Source: Chiloscyllium plagiosum
Lineage: Eukaryota
Direction: 5' to 3'
Length of the DNA: 64,000 nucleotides
NCBI RefSeq assembly: GCF_004010195.1
Contig: NC_057733.1
Coordinates: 25,341,058-25,405,057, forward strand
Shown piece by piece: positions 1-12,989 of the stretch. A model generated the notes under the pieces. It worked only from the letters and a program-made list of their open reading frames with translations. It had not been told where the DNA came from and ran no database searches. The position numbers and the translations under genes were made by a program. Within the stretch, counting starts at the first letter, position 1. Every line of letters starts with the position of its first letter.

Positions 1-1600
1 TGTTCTCAACTGTACCAGAGTCTCAGATTGATCTCTTTCCTCACTATCTCCCTGGGTCCCATCTCCCCCTCCCCCTCGCCCACCTTACTAGTTTAAATCC
101 TCCCAAGCAGTTTTAGCAAATTTCACTGCCAGTATATTAGCCCCCTTCCAATTTCGGTGCAATAAGTCCTTCTTGTACAGGTCACTTCTACCTCAAAAGA
201 GATTCCAATGATTCAAAAATGTGAATCCTTCTCCCATACACCAGCTCCTCAGCCATGCATTCATCTGCTCTATCCTCCTATTCCTGCCCTCACTAGTCGT
301 AGCACTGAGAGTAATCCAGATATTACTACCCTTGAGGACCTCCTTTTTAAATTTCTGCCTAACTCTCTGTAATCTCCCATCAGAATCTCAACCTTTTCCC
401 TTCCAATGTCATTGGTTCCAATGTGGACAATGACCTCTTGCTGGCCCCTCTCCCCCTTGAGAACATTCTGCACCCCCTCTGAGACATCCTTGATCCTGGC
501 ACCAGGGAAACAACACACCATTCTGATTTTTCTCTGCTGACCACACAAATGTCTGTCTGTACCTCGGACTACAGAATCCCCTTATTGGAAGCCGACGCTC
601 CCCTCGTTGCATTAGAGCCAGTCTCAATACCAGAAACTTGGCTCTTTGTGCTATGTTCCCCTGAGAATCTATCACCCCCTACATTTTCCAAAACAGCATA
701 CCTGTTTGAAATGGGTATATTTACAAAAGACTCCTGCCCTGCGTGCCGACCTCTCTTATCCTTCCTGGAGGTAACCCATCTATATGACTGTATCTGAGAC
801 TTTCCCCCCTTCATTTAACTGCCATCCATCACATACTGTTGCTGTTGCAAATTCCTAATTGCTTCTATCTGTCTCTTCAACTGATCCATTCGATCTGATA
901 AGAGTCGCATCCAACAGTATTTATGGCAGATACAATCAGCAGTAACCCTTAAACTCTCTTAAAACTCCCACATCTGACAAGAAGTACATATCACTGCAAA
1001 GGCCATTTTTGCTCTTTCACAATCTACAGACCCCAGAAAATAACACCGTCTTATTCCTCTACAAAACACTGCACCAGGTTAAATTAGTAGCTATGGCTTA
1101 TATTTTAAGTTTAATCAAGAGACTTACCTCCAAAACATATAATCAAGAAAGAACCCACTGTACTCACTAATACGGTCTTTCTCTTGGACAGACTTAAAAC
1201 AACAATTAACTTATCTGATTCTGTGTTGTTAACTCCCCCCAAACCTGTTCCTCCAAGATTAGTTGTGAAATTCACTGTTTGTTTATTTTCCCAGACGCAC
1301 TCCGATGTCCAGCGACGCATGAATTCAAAAACAGCAAAGGCAGCAACTGTGCAGGTTCTCTCTCTCTCTCCTGCACTGTCCTCACCATGTGCTTCCTTTG
1401 TCTGCTCTTCTCCCTTTTAAAACTGCTGTTGGTTTGACTTTTTTTTCCAATGTTCCAAAACAATACAACAGCATATAAAACAGTAATTGCTGCTCCTGGA
1501 ATTCAAGGAAATCACCTCCAGCACCTAAAATACCTCAAAAAACGGAGCAGCTCTTACAGCCAGAAAGTTTTCCCGTCCTCCATCTTGGATTACCCAGAAT
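1..1600 (-). mobile_element. CR1 LINE, 5' portion (5'UTR, disrupted esterase ORF1, start of ORF2 running off the window)
   Basis: Minus ORFs 569-814 and 270-548 (IPISNRYAVL; VCCFPGARIKDV; VIVHIGTNDIG; VVISGLL) are pieces of the SGNH-esterase ORF1 of CR1 and resemble the ORF1 at 8088-8972. Confidence 0.85.
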
Positions 1601-2639
1601 CCACTATATTGCATAATTCTTGCCCACAGTTGACGTGTTCATGTGATTTATTTGGGACTCTAGTTTAGTGTGGTTTTGTCTCTTTGCATCCTTGATGGCT
1701 CTGTAAAGATTGTACTTAGACTTCCTGTATAGATAGGCTCAATTGACTTGAATGCCTCAGACCTGGGTTTTAGTAGGAAAGTCAATGACGTTCTCCGTTC
1801 TGTCAAGTTAAGTGCACCATCAACTCTCTGCTACCTCACACTCTACAACAGATCCCATCTCCTACCAAAGCACATGCTTAACCACTCTCAATATGAACCA
1901 AACTAAGATCCCTAAAAATATGATAAGAATATAGCCTAAATCTCAACTTTTTCTTAATTTTAATAGCAATTATAAAGCATTGTGATCTGGATGTAATTTG
2001 AATAGTCAGATACCCAGCTTGAAGCAAAACACACTTATTCATACTATACAGGAAGAATACAAACAAATGAGTGAAGAATTAGAATAACTTAGCTCTATTG
2101 AAAAATTTAACAGAATAATAAATTACTTAACAAATAAAGAACAGTAGTTCCAATACAGCAACGTCCCATAAACACACACTTGACAAAGGCATCTGCAGTA
2201 AAATAGATTGCCTCACATGCAACTTCAGCTGTAATAGAGAGAGGAATAAAAACTTCCACATCCAGCTTTAAGAGCCCAGCAACTGCTGAAAGTTAAACTA
2301 AAATCCTGGTTCTGTGGGAGTTTGATGCTTCATGCTGCTTCTATTGTTCCAATTTTGTTTTGAGAAGGGCTCACAAGCTGTGCATTTTATTGGCTTGAGG
2401 TAGACTGCTCAGTTCCTCTGTCTCAATCTTTCTTTATTAAAAAAAAGGACAAAATACAACTCTTAACCTCACAGTATCATCATAGCATCATCACATAAGA
2501 TCTTCCCTCACTTGCTGTCACCCACCCCAAATCCCTCACAACACTAATCCTCTCTCTGCACTGCCTACTTATTCACTCGGAACATCTCACCATCTTTCCC
2601 CCACGTGCACCAGCACTGACAGCCACTTTCATCTCACTC

Positions 2640-2772
2640 AATCCACCCTCTCAGTCCAGAAGAATGCAGTCCATAATAGACAGAAAAAGCCAAGATGGGC
2701 AATGAGGTGCCAAACATTTGGCTGTTCACCACCTTCATGGAGATGATCTTGACCACAATCAGTCTGACTTAA
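2640..2772 (+). mobile_element. Possible Harbinger Myb/SANT-protein remnant
   Basis: Degenerate KNAVHNRQKK..MGNEVPNIWLFTTF resembles the KxAHNxxExxKTGGG...LTxxEE end of Harbinger Myb domains; frameshifted and weak. Confidence 0.3.
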
Positions 2773-2773
2773 T

Positions 2774-3115
2774 GGGCGGCACGGTGGCAAAGTGGTTGGC
2801 ACTGCTGCCTCACAGAGCCAGAGACCTGGGTTCAATTCCCGCTTCAGGTGACTGTCTGCATGGAGTTTGCACATTCTCCCCTTGTCTGCGTGGCTTTCCT
2901 CCGGGTGCTCCCGTTTCCTTCCACAATCCAAAAATGTGCAGGTCAGGTGAATTGGCCATGCTAAATTGTCCTTAGTGTTAGATGAAGGGGTAAATGTAAG
3001 GGAATAGGTCTGGGTGGGTTGCGCTTTGGGAATAGGTCGGTGTGGAATTGTTGGGCCGAAGGGCCTGTTTCCACACTGTAAATCATCTAATCTAAAAAAG
3101 TAATCTAATCTAATC
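2774..3115 (+). mobile_element. HE1-type (V-SINE) tRNA-derived SINE
   Basis: Head GGGCGGCACGGTGGC..GGTTCAATTCCC, central GGAGTTTGCACATTCTCCCC..GGTTTCCTCC-like domain, CR1-like tail ending in (TAATC)n. Confidence 0.85.
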
Positions 3116-4989
3116 TGACTGTGGCCTTGTTCCTGAACTGATCTCAGAAGCCACCCATTTCCACCTTATTGACTGATCACTACTGACTACCATGACAAGC
3201 TGCCTGGCTTTGTGTTTGTACTAGGGGAGGGCAAAACACAAGTGCTGCACGCCTGTCATGCTGAGGGGACAAAGCACAAAAAGGCAAGACAAGGTAGGTG
3301 GGCTCAAAGTGATCATGCAGTAAAGGAGAGAACAATCAGCTCTGAGATGCAGTTTGGTTTATTCATAAGCTAAGTGCCTGTCCCTACACTCAAAATCCTT
3401 GTCGTAACAATGAGAGGTGCCAGTGCACCCAGAGTGTGCAGAATTAAAGTGCAGAAATGCACTGTAGGTGGAGTGGAGATGTGCCAAGAGTGTAGGAGAG
3501 GGTGGTTTATGTCAGATACCAGCACCTGTGTATGTAGGGCACCTGCAGTCTCTACCCTTACAGCCTATTGTGAGAGGCTGGGTGTTCCTGTCGCCATGGA
3601 TACACTCAGAATGCAAATTTGGGAATTCTCAGCATCTAATATCTATGGGTAGCTGGTACATTAGGAGAGTGCTTATTAATAAAATGAGAATAGTATTGAG
3701 TTATAATCCCTGTATGTAAACCTCTTGCAGCTCACTAGCGAGAATCTTATCTCACCATCCAGAACATAGTCCAAAAATGTGACTTGTTGATCTCGACATC
3801 AAGAAAGTGCTTGCTCAACTTTTCTCATGAATGTGCCAAATTTCTTACAATAGCCTACAACATTCAGGGCCTGGAGGGATTTTGCCTCTTGTGTTGTTGC
3901 CAATATACTAATTGTATAACAAGATGTTTCACAGTGTTACAAGATAAAACACGTCTGTTAGTCTTCATTTTATAGTATTTTATTTGTATTTTACATCTCA
4001 ATACAATTTTTCAAATTTACAGCAGAATTAAATCTTCACCAACTAATGCAAGTTGCACTAGGGAATTAGAACGTACAATATAGAAAGAGATTCAATCAAT
4101 TTATTGTATGCTGACTATTTTAAAGAGCTATCAACTGACTCCACTCTCCTTTAACTGCTCCACTGCACTTTCACCATCACACTTTAAGTTTTTTCCTTTT
4201 TAGGTAATTATCTGATTCCCTTTGAAAGTTGTTAGTGAATCTGCTTCCATCATCTTCTCAGACTCTGAATTCCAGTTTTCACTGTGAGAAAAGATTCCTC
4301 TTCCTCTCACCTCCGATTCTTTTGTCAATTACCTCACATCTATGTCCTCTGTTGACTGACCCAGCTACCAGTGGAAAGGATTCACTTCAATAATCTATCA
4401 TATTCCATCAGGATCTTCAATACCTCTCTTAAATTCTCTCCACTTAATTTGTTTGCATATTTTGAACAGCATTCTCTATAATAATAAGTAACTACCAGAT
4501 TTAAAGTCAATGACATCTTTTAATTTAACTCACTAATTCAAATTCAATTGTTGGATTATAGTTTTTCTCTTCCCTTCTGTATTGTGTAACTTGGTAATGG
4601 ATGTGAGAATATTAAATACTGCCATCACTAAAACAGACCATCTGGACAGGTATTTCTGAGAGGCCACATTTGCTTTCAAAACGATAGTTATTTTGCCTCA
4701 GAAGTAAGGAAATGACTATTAATTGCTTTGGGGCAACATGAGACTCTAAAAGATGCCATATCAATGCCCAAGGTTTTTTCATTGTTCAGACATTTCTAAA
4801 TTAAAATTGCAATATTTAGGGCCATTGTCTGAAAATACCCATGCCCCGCTGTTGAATTAATCAAATCCAGGTTAATAAATGTCTGACAAAGAATTAATGA
4901 TTTTTGTATATAGTTATTGCAGTCACATTCCATCCTTGCATTGTTTATTCTTACAAAATTAGTCTATTTTACTTGGAATCCTTGTGCTG

Positions 4990-5165
4990 CTTTTGTGCAA
5001 GGAAAATCATATCTTAATAACTTGATGAATTTGTTTGAGGAAGTTACCAAAAAGCTTGATGAGAGCAAAGCAATAGACATTGTTTACTTGGACTGGTGTA
5101 AAGCCTTTGACAAAGTTCTCATGGTAGACTAATTAGTAAATAGGATACAGCCACATGGGATACAG
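4990..5165 (+). mobile_element. CR1 RT fragment
   Basis: FVQGKSYLNNLMNLFEEVTKKLDESKAIDIVYLDWCKAFDKV matches the CR1 RT motif GFxxGxSCLTNL..FEEVT..DIVYLDFxKAFDKV. Confidence 0.85.
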
Positions 5166-5744
5166 AAGAATTGTTTGCATCTAAATTGTTTCATGACTTT
5201 AAGTACATATTGACATTCTGAAACCTTGTGCTACAGTGCTTTCAACCAACATAAAAGGTGTTTGGTAAAAGAAGTTGCTTCAATATGAATATGTTCCCTC
5301 ACCAACCAAGATGTGGTAAATATTTAACAGACTTTAACAGATAGAAGTGCTCTACTGTAAAACACAGAAGAGGAAGTTAAAGTCTATTTCACTTGTTGCT
5401 GTCCCTTCAGTCTGGTTGAGGAGTTTGTTATTCCCTTGGTTGCATAAAATCTTGCATGTTAATTTTAATACGTATTTCATATATTGTTTCCAAATTAGAA
5501 TTTTGATAAATTTCCACATAAACACTCTCAAGAGTGTAATGACTGTGTATTATGATTTTCTCTTCAATTTTCAACTTGAGTCATTTCTTTACAAAAACAA
5601 TTGTGAAACTCTGCCTACATTGTGTTGGAGGCAGCACACAGGTTGTTTACTATGAAATATTCTGCCTACATTTCTGTTGTAAATTATTGTGGCGAACTTC
5701 TATTATTTAGAAATGAAGTTTCTGACTTTGTTAATTACTAGAGT

Positions 5745-6080
5745 GGCATGGCAGCTTAGTGGTTAGCCACTGCTGCTTCACAGTGCCAAGGACCTGGGTT
5801 CAAATCCAGGCTCAGGCAATTGTCTGTGTGGAGTTTGCACATTCTCACCATGTCTGCATGGGTTTCCTCTGGGTGTTCCGGTTTCCTCCCACAGTCCAAA
5901 AATGTGCAGATTAAATGGATTGGCCATGCTAAATTGCCCATAGTGTCCAGGGATGTGCAGATTTAGTGGATTAGCCATGGTAAATGCAGAGTTACAGGAT
6001 GGGGTGGATTGCTGTTTGGAGAGGCAGCGTGGACCTAATCAGCTGAATGGCCTGCTTCCACACTATAGGGATTCTATGAT
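5745..6080 (+). mobile_element. HE1-type SINE
   Basis: Same head, central domain and tail as 2774-3115; tail ends in GATTCTATGATTCT. Confidence 0.8.
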
Positions 6081-6774
6081 TCTGTAACGACAGAAAGATG
6101 TAAACTCATCAATCCAGAAGACATCATCAACAGCAAAAATGAAATTAAAGTCTCAAAATAAAGGAGGTCTTGTGGCGCAGTGCGTAGTGTTTCTGAGCCA
6201 GATGTTTCAAGCTTGAATCCCATCCCAGAACTCAATGACGAAGGAACATATGTTGATAACACAGTTAAACAGCGCTTTTTAAAAATTTCATATTTTCAAC
6301 ATCTTCCACTGTAATGCTTTTGTGTTAGTTTGGGTGCCATCCTTCACCACTGGAAGGAAGTTAAGAATGGGAGAGATTCCTGGTCAATCAAATGACAGAA
6401 AGAAAGTTAGAGCTTCCACCATCACTATCCCCAGCTCCAAACTACAATAAGTACATAGAAGTGTGTGCTGTTAAAGCAAACCAGGTTCCTTAAGTGAACT
6501 GGAACACCACCACATCACCGGAACATTGTCAATTCACATGCTTAACATCAAATTGCACAAAGTGTAGAACTTAATCCCCTGTAAGGACTATGCTGATTAA
6601 CCTTTGGGTGAAAGTGGCCTCACTGATTAATTTTCTTTCTCTCACCTAACTTCTAAAATTTATTAACTAAGCCATAGCATATAGATGAATATCAAGTGAT
6701 AATTTATATGACCAAATAGTCTTCCATTATTCAATGTGCACATAAATAGCTACTTGAGTTAATTTATATCTGTT

Positions 6775-6965
6775 ATATTGGTTAAGTAACTAGATTGTGA
6801 TGCAGAGTGATGCCAACAGTGTGGCATCAATTTCTGCTCCAGCATAGATTACCATGAAGGTCCTGTCTGAGATATGATAACTCTTAGGTTGAACTCTCCC
6901 ACCAGTCACCTCTCTCCTATGAGAGAGTAGCCCCATAGTCCTCTGGGACTAGGAGATTTGACTAT
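6775..6965 (+). mobile_element. Second tRNA-derived SINE family (similar copies near 26873-27100 and 27514-27680)
   Basis: Shared GTTAGCT..A-box-like head, CAGAGTGATGCCAACAG segment, TCAGGTTAAAC..CACCAG motif and (CT)n-containing tail across three copies. Confidence 0.55.
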
Positions 6966-7147
6966 ATGCAGAAGAATCATTGCTTGCAGAAGAAGAAAAT
7001 TGAAAAACATTTTTAAAAATCTGTGAACTTTGAGATGAAATTTTAATCTTGGCACCAATTTCATCCAGGCAGGGCTAATTGTTAAAAATTTGTGTAGTTT
7101 GCTTGGAATCCTTCTGCATGTTGTCAACTACTATGGGTCATTACAAC

Positions 7148-7268
7148 AGACAATAGACAATAGGTGCAGGAGTAGGCCATTCTGCCCATCGAGCCTGCAC
7201 CACCATTCAATATGATCATGGCTGATCATCCTTAATCAGTATCCTGTTTCTGCCTTATCTCCATAACA
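7148..7268 (-). mobile_element. CR1 3' tail fragment
   Basis: AGACAATAGACAATAGGTGCAGGAGTAGGCCATT.. is the reverse complement of a CR1 3' end with a short tandem tail. Confidence 0.65.
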
Positions 7269-7734
7269 TCAGACCTATGGAAGTTTGCTGGCTAATTAAA
7301 TACTCTGGAGTGGGTAAGGTTTAGCAATCAATGATTGTAATATCATCACTCAAGATGCTGGCTACGAATCTGCTTGCATTACACTGCACTAGGAAGTAAT
7401 ACTCACATATGCATATTCATACACATGATCAGATGTCCAATAACTTTGTTCATAATGTGTTGGAGAAGGCTATTGTATAATCTGGACTTTCTAATCAATG
7501 GCAGATCCAACAATTCTATCAGAGGCCAGAAACTACTATCCTCTTCATCCTACTACTATCCCACCACATGTAAACAAACGGGTTATTTGTTTTTTCTTTT
7601 TCCTCTTCTTATACTCAACAAATTCAGTTTCTATCTTTCGCTTCACCTCCTTACTCATCTTAAAGAGAACCTATTACCAAAATTATGTTGTAGTCTCCTC
7701 TCTATTTCCACAAAAATTATATCTTTTTTTCTCC

Positions 7735-10700
7735 ATTTTGGCCTCCATTTTGCCAGAGCGGCAAGGAGAGAAGGAGGAGTGAAGCGAGGGCTGACGGGAA
7801 GGGTGAGATTTCCCGTATAAGAAGGGACTTACCTCGCGAGTCGGGCCTCCATTTTGTCAGAGTGGCGAGGAGAGGATGAGTGAAGCTGCTTGGAAGGCAA
7901 GGGCTTAATTTATATTTGGGCAGTGGCTAAACCCAAGATACTACACAGGTAGGATCTCTCTCCCGCCCCCTTCTCTAACCGGAAGAAAAAGACCCTGTAA
8001 GGTAAGGCTTTTATTTCTTAACTTTCTTTTTCATTTATTTAAGTGCATTGTTTGGTTTTAGTTAGTTCATATAAAGCTAAGCTTCCAATGGCAGGGGACC
8101 TCAGATCCGTGGCATGTGACTCTTGCTTGATTTGGGAGCTTAGGAATGTGTCTGACATTCCTGACTCTTACACTTGCAAGGAGTGTGTCCAGCTGCAGCT
8201 GTTGTTTGACCGCATGACAGCTCTGGAGCTGCGGGTGGACTCACTGTGGAGCATCCGCGATGCTGAGGAGGTCGTGGATAGCACGTTTAGTGAACTGGTC
8301 ACACCACAGGTTAGGATTGCTGAGGGAGACAGTGAACGGGTGACCAAAAGACAGAAAAAGAATAGGAAGACAGTGCAGGTGTCCCTTGCAGTCATCTCTC
8401 TCCAAAACAGGTATACCGTTTTGGGTACTGTTGAGGGAGATGGCTCACCAGGGGAGGGCAGCAGTTGTCAAGATCATGGCACCGTGGCGGGCACTGCTGT
8501 TCAGAAGGGCGGGAAAAAGACTCATGGGGCCATAGTCATAGGGGATTCAATTGTGAGGGGAGTAGATAGATGGTTCTGTGGCCGAAAATGGGACTCCCAG
8601 ATGGTATGTTGCCTCCCAGGTGCTCGGGTCAGGGATGTCACTGATTGGCTGCAGAGCATTCTAAAAGGAGAGGGTGAACAGCCAGTTGTCTTGGTGCATA
8701 TCGGCACCAACGATATAAGTAGAAAGCGAGATGAGGTCCTGAAAGAAGAATTCAGGGAGCTAGGAGTGAAGTTAAAGGTAGTGATCTCGGGATTATTACC
8801 ATTGCCACGTGCTAGCCAGTGTAGGAGGGAAGGGTTCAGATTTGTTGGACATTGGGACCGGTTCTGGGGAAGGTGGGACTATTACAAAAGAGACGGTCTA
8901 CATCTGAACCAGACTGGAACCAATGTCCTTGGGGGAGTTTTTGCTACTGCTGTTGGGGAGGTTTTAAACTAATGTGGCAGGGGGCTGGGAACCAGAAGAG
9001 AAAACAAGTAGGCAACGAGGTGGAGACTGGAGACTGTAAGAATCATGAAGATAACATTAATAAAGGGAAGAGTAGGCAGAAAACAGGTGAGCACAAAATA
9101 ACTGGTGGCCTGAAATGCATCTACTTTCATGCAAGAAGTATAGTGTGTCAGGCAGATGAACTGAGGGCTTGGATTGGTGCCTGAGAGTATGACATTGTTG
9201 CCATCACAGAGATTTGGTTGAAGGAAGGGCATGATGATTCGCAACTGAATGTTCCAGGATATAGATGCTTCAGACAGGACAGGGAGGGAAATAAAAGCGG
9301 GGGTGGAGTTGCATTGCTGGTCAGGGACAATATCACAGCTGTGCAAAAGGAGGACACTATGGCGGTCTTGGGTAGTGAGGCATTATGGGTGGAGCTGAGG
9401 AATAAGAAGGGTGCAGTTACATTGTTGGGGCTGTAGTACAGACATCCCAACAGTGAGCGTGAGGTAGAAGAACAAATAGGTAAACAGATTATGAATAGAT
9501 GTAGAGGCAACGAGGTAGTGGTGATGGGAGATTTTAATTTTCCAAACATTGACTGGGATACACTTTGCGTCAGAGGTCTGGATGCAGTAGAATTTGTATG
9601 AAGCATCCAGCAGCGTTTTCTAGAGCAGTATGTCAATAGTCCAACGAGGGAAGGGGCCATATTGGACCTGGTACTGAGGAACGAGCCAGGACAGGTGGTA
9701 GAAGTTGCGGTGGGGTTTTCTTTGGGAACAGTGACCACAATTCTGTAAGTTTTACAATACTCGTAGATAAAGGAAAGAGTGGTCCTAAGGGAAGAGTACT
9801 AAACTGGGCCAAGGCTAATTATATCAAAATTAGGCAGGAGCTGGGAAATGTGGATTGGACACAGCTATTTGAAGGGAAGTCCACATTTGAGATGTGGGAG
9901 GCTTTCAAAGATAGGTTAACGGCAGTGCAGACTAGGCATGTCCCGTTGAAGGCAAAGGATAGGAAGGGCAAGACTCGTGAACCGTGGATGACAGGAGAAA
10001 TTGTACAACTAGCCAAGCGGAAAAGGGAAGCGTACATAAGATCTAGGCAGCTGAGGACAGAAGGGGACCTGGAGGAATATCAGAAGAGTAGGACAAGTCT
10101 TAAATAAGGAATCAAGTGGGCTAAAAGAGGTCATGAAATAGCTAGCAGAATTAAGGAAAATCCCAAAGCATTTTATTCTTATATAAGAAGCAAGCGGGTA
10201 ACTGGAGAAAGAATTGGTCCACTAAAGGAAAACGAAGGAAGGCTGTGTACCAAACCTGAGAGAATGGGTGAGATTCTGAATGATTACTTTGCATCAGTGT
10301 TCACTGAGGAGAGGAACATGATAAATCTTGAGATTAGAGGTAGAAGTTTGATTAGTCTGGATCACGTTGGCATAAGTAGGGAAGATGTGTTGGGTATGCT
10401 AGAGGTCATTAAGGTGGACAAATCCCCAGGACCAGATGGGATCTATCCCAGGTTGCTGAGGGAGGCGAGATAGGAAATAGCTGGGGCCAAGACAGATATC
10501 TTTGTGGCATCCTTAAATACAGGTGAGGTGCCGGAGGACTGGAAGGTTGCTCATGTTGTCCCCCTGTACAAGAAGGGTAGTAGGGATATTCCGAGTAACT
10601 ACAGGCCAGTGAGTCTGACGTCAGTGGTGGGGAAGGTGCTGGAGAGGGTACTGAAAGACAGGATCTATTTATATTTGGAAAGGAATGAGCATATCGGTGA

Positions 10701-11985
10701 TAGGCAGTATGGTTTTGTGGGGGGGGAATATCGTGCCTTACCAACTTAATAGAGTTCTTCGAGGAAGTGACCAAGTTGTTAGATGAAGGAAGGGCTGTTG
10801 GTATCATATACATGGACTTTAGTAAGGTATTTGATAAGGTTCCTCATTGTAAACTACTGGAGAAAGTGAAGTCACATGGTGTGCAGGGGGTTCTAGCTAG
10901 GTGGATAAAGAACTGGTTGAGCAACAGGAGACAGAGAGCAGTAGTTGAAGGAAGTTTCTCGAAATGGAGAAAGGTGACCAGTGGTGTTCCACGGGGGTCA
11001 GTTTTGGGACCACTGTTGTTTGTAATATACATAAATGATGTAGAAGAGGGCACTGTTGGTATGATCAGCAAGTTTGCAGATGACACAAAGATTGGTGGAA
11101 TAGCAGAAAGCATAAGGGACTGTCAGAGAATACAGGAGGATAAAGATAGACTAGAGAGTTGGGTGGAAAAGTGGCAGATGGCTTTCAATCCAGAAAAATG
11201 TGAAGTGATACATTTAGGCAAGTCTAATTCTAGCGCGAATTATACAATGAATGGAAGAGCCTTGGGAAAGGTTGATGGGCAGAGAGATCTGGGAGTGCAG
11301 GTCCATTGTACCCTGAAGGTTGCTGCACAGGTGGATAGAGTGGTCAAGAAGGCATATAGATGCTTGCCTTCATCGGATGGGGTATTGAGTATAAGAGCTG
11401 GCAGGTCATGTTAAAATTGTGCAAGACATTTGTTTGGCCACATTTAGAATACTGTGTACAGTTCTGGTCACCACATTATCAAAAGGACGCTTTGGAGAGG
11501 ATGCAGAGAAGGTTTACGAGGATGTTGCCTGGTATGGAAGGTGCTAGCTATGAAGAGAGGTTGAGTAGGTTAGGTTTGTTTTCACTAGAACAAAGGAGAT
11601 TGAGGGGGGACCTGATTGAGGTTTACAAAATCATGAAGGGTATAGACAGGGTGGATAGAGACAAGCTTTTTCCCAGGGTGACGGATTCAATAACGAAAGG
11701 TCACGCTTTCAAGGTGAGAGGTGGAAAGTTTAAGGGGGATACACGTGGTAAGTACTTCACACAGAGGGTGGTGGGCGTTTGGAACGTGTTGCCAGCAGAG
11801 GGGTAGAGGCAAGCATGGTAGATCAAGTTTAGATGTGTCTGGACAGATGCACAAGTGGGTGGGGAGCACAGGGATACAGATGCTCAGGAATTGACCGACA
11901 GTTTTAGACAGTACATTTGGATTGGCTCAGGCTTGGAGGGCTGAAGAGCCTGTTCCTGGGCTGTAAATTTTCTTTGTTCTTTGTG
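7735..11985 (+). mobile_element. Near full-length CR1 LINE, inactivated
   Basis: 5'UTR with a duplicated ~45-nt unit (7743, 7847); ORF1; ORF2 with APE endonuclease (GGGVALLV, VVMGDFNFP, LDLVL) and RT (SPGPDG, NYRPVSLTSV, SGVPRGSVLGP, KFADDTK); several stops and frameshifts; 3' tail TCTTTGTTCTTTGT. Confidence 0.95.
8088..8972 (+). CDS. CR1 ORF1p: CxxC..CxxC zinc finger, coiled coil and SGNH/GDSL esterase domain
   Basis: Open frame MAGDLRSVACDSC..CKECVQL..IVIGDSIVRG..CLPGARV..VHIGTND..DGLHLN. Appears to carry short internal deletions relative to the copy at 1-1600. Confidence 0.8.
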   Translation: MAGDLRSVACDSCLIWELRNVSDIPDSYTCKECVQLQLLFDRMTALELRVDSLWSIRDAEEVVDSTFSELVTPQVRIAEGDSERVTKRQKKNRKTVQVSLAVISLQNRYTVLGTVEGDGSPGEGSSCQDHGTVAGTAVQKGGKKTHGAIVIGDSIVRGVDRWFCGRKWDSQMVCCLPGARVRDVTDWLQSILKGEGEQPVVLVHIGTNDISRKRDEVLKEEFRELGVKLKVVISGLLPLPRASQCRREGFRFVGHWDRFWGRWDYYKRDGLHLNQTGTNVLGGVFATAVGEVLN

Positions 11986-12989
11986 GGGTTGAAGAGATAA
12001 GCCATCAGGAAAGCATCGAGTTGCCATAAAGGAGTCACTGGCATAGTGGCTTCTAAAGATTTCTGGAACAGCAGATTGGCACAACATGAAAGGATCGTGC
12101 CTTTTTTTCAGAGTAGCAGCTATTCATCACCAGGGGCATGGTCATACACCAATGCAAATAAGGTAAAAGTTATCTTTTGAGTTTTATTCAGAGTTCTTAG
12201 GGTTGCACCTGCAAAGCTACAACTGTGCAGTCAATAACAAAGCCATGAGAAAGCTCTTATTGAAGCAAAGTTACATCCACCCTCCTTCTGCTTCTCCCAG
12301 TTTAGAGAGAATTAAGTTTTTTTTCCTGGCAAACAAAATCTCTGTGAACTTTGGCTTCAAAGCAATGATGGTGATGAGCCCAATGTTTGCATTATTTTCT
12401 CACTATTTTTACTTAAATCAGCAGTTATAAAAGCAAAGATACCAGCATCAGAGTGCTGAATTTTATAACCTGCTTTAACTTCATGGATGGTTTGAATGAG
12501 TTAAAACAAATATTGCATTGTTTATATATTTAAAATTTAGTGCACTCTATCCCAAAATACCAGCTCCCTCTCAGCCTGAAGAAGTAGATTCTCATTCTTA
12601 GGTGCAGCAGTAGAGTTGTGAACAGTCTGACAATTTGTATGCTACAATTGTGTTTTAATGACAGTAAAGATTAACCAAGTTAAATGTTCAACAGGAACAT
12701 TGAATAAATACTGACGATTATTATGATTCTATTCATTATAAGATAATTCAAAGGGATTTTAATTGGTTTGGGGATATTTTTATGCAGAATAACTTTCTGA
12801 AAAAGAATATGCTAAAAGAAAATGCATCAAATTGCCCTTTGGCATATTTTACATCACATCAGAGCAAACAGTTATTATACCCAATAGTTAATACATTGAA
12901 GTATATGGGAACAGTGCTTTATTTGCACCAATACACATAAATGAACTAATTGCAAACACAAGTCAGTTACTAATGTATTGAGAAGCAGT

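Noticed and set aside
2774-2850. tRNA genes at SINE heads
   Set aside because: The A/B-box-like heads continue into SINE bodies and lack a complete cloverleaf.
7374-7820. 148-aa hydrophobic ORF upstream of the CR1
   Set aside because: Low-complexity pyrimidine-rich sequence running into the CR1 5'UTR; no domain similarity recognised.
12111-12161. 51-nt AG..GT exon-like segment (SSSYSSPGAWSYTNANK)
   Set aside because: Weak donor (GTAAAA) and no partner exons identified.
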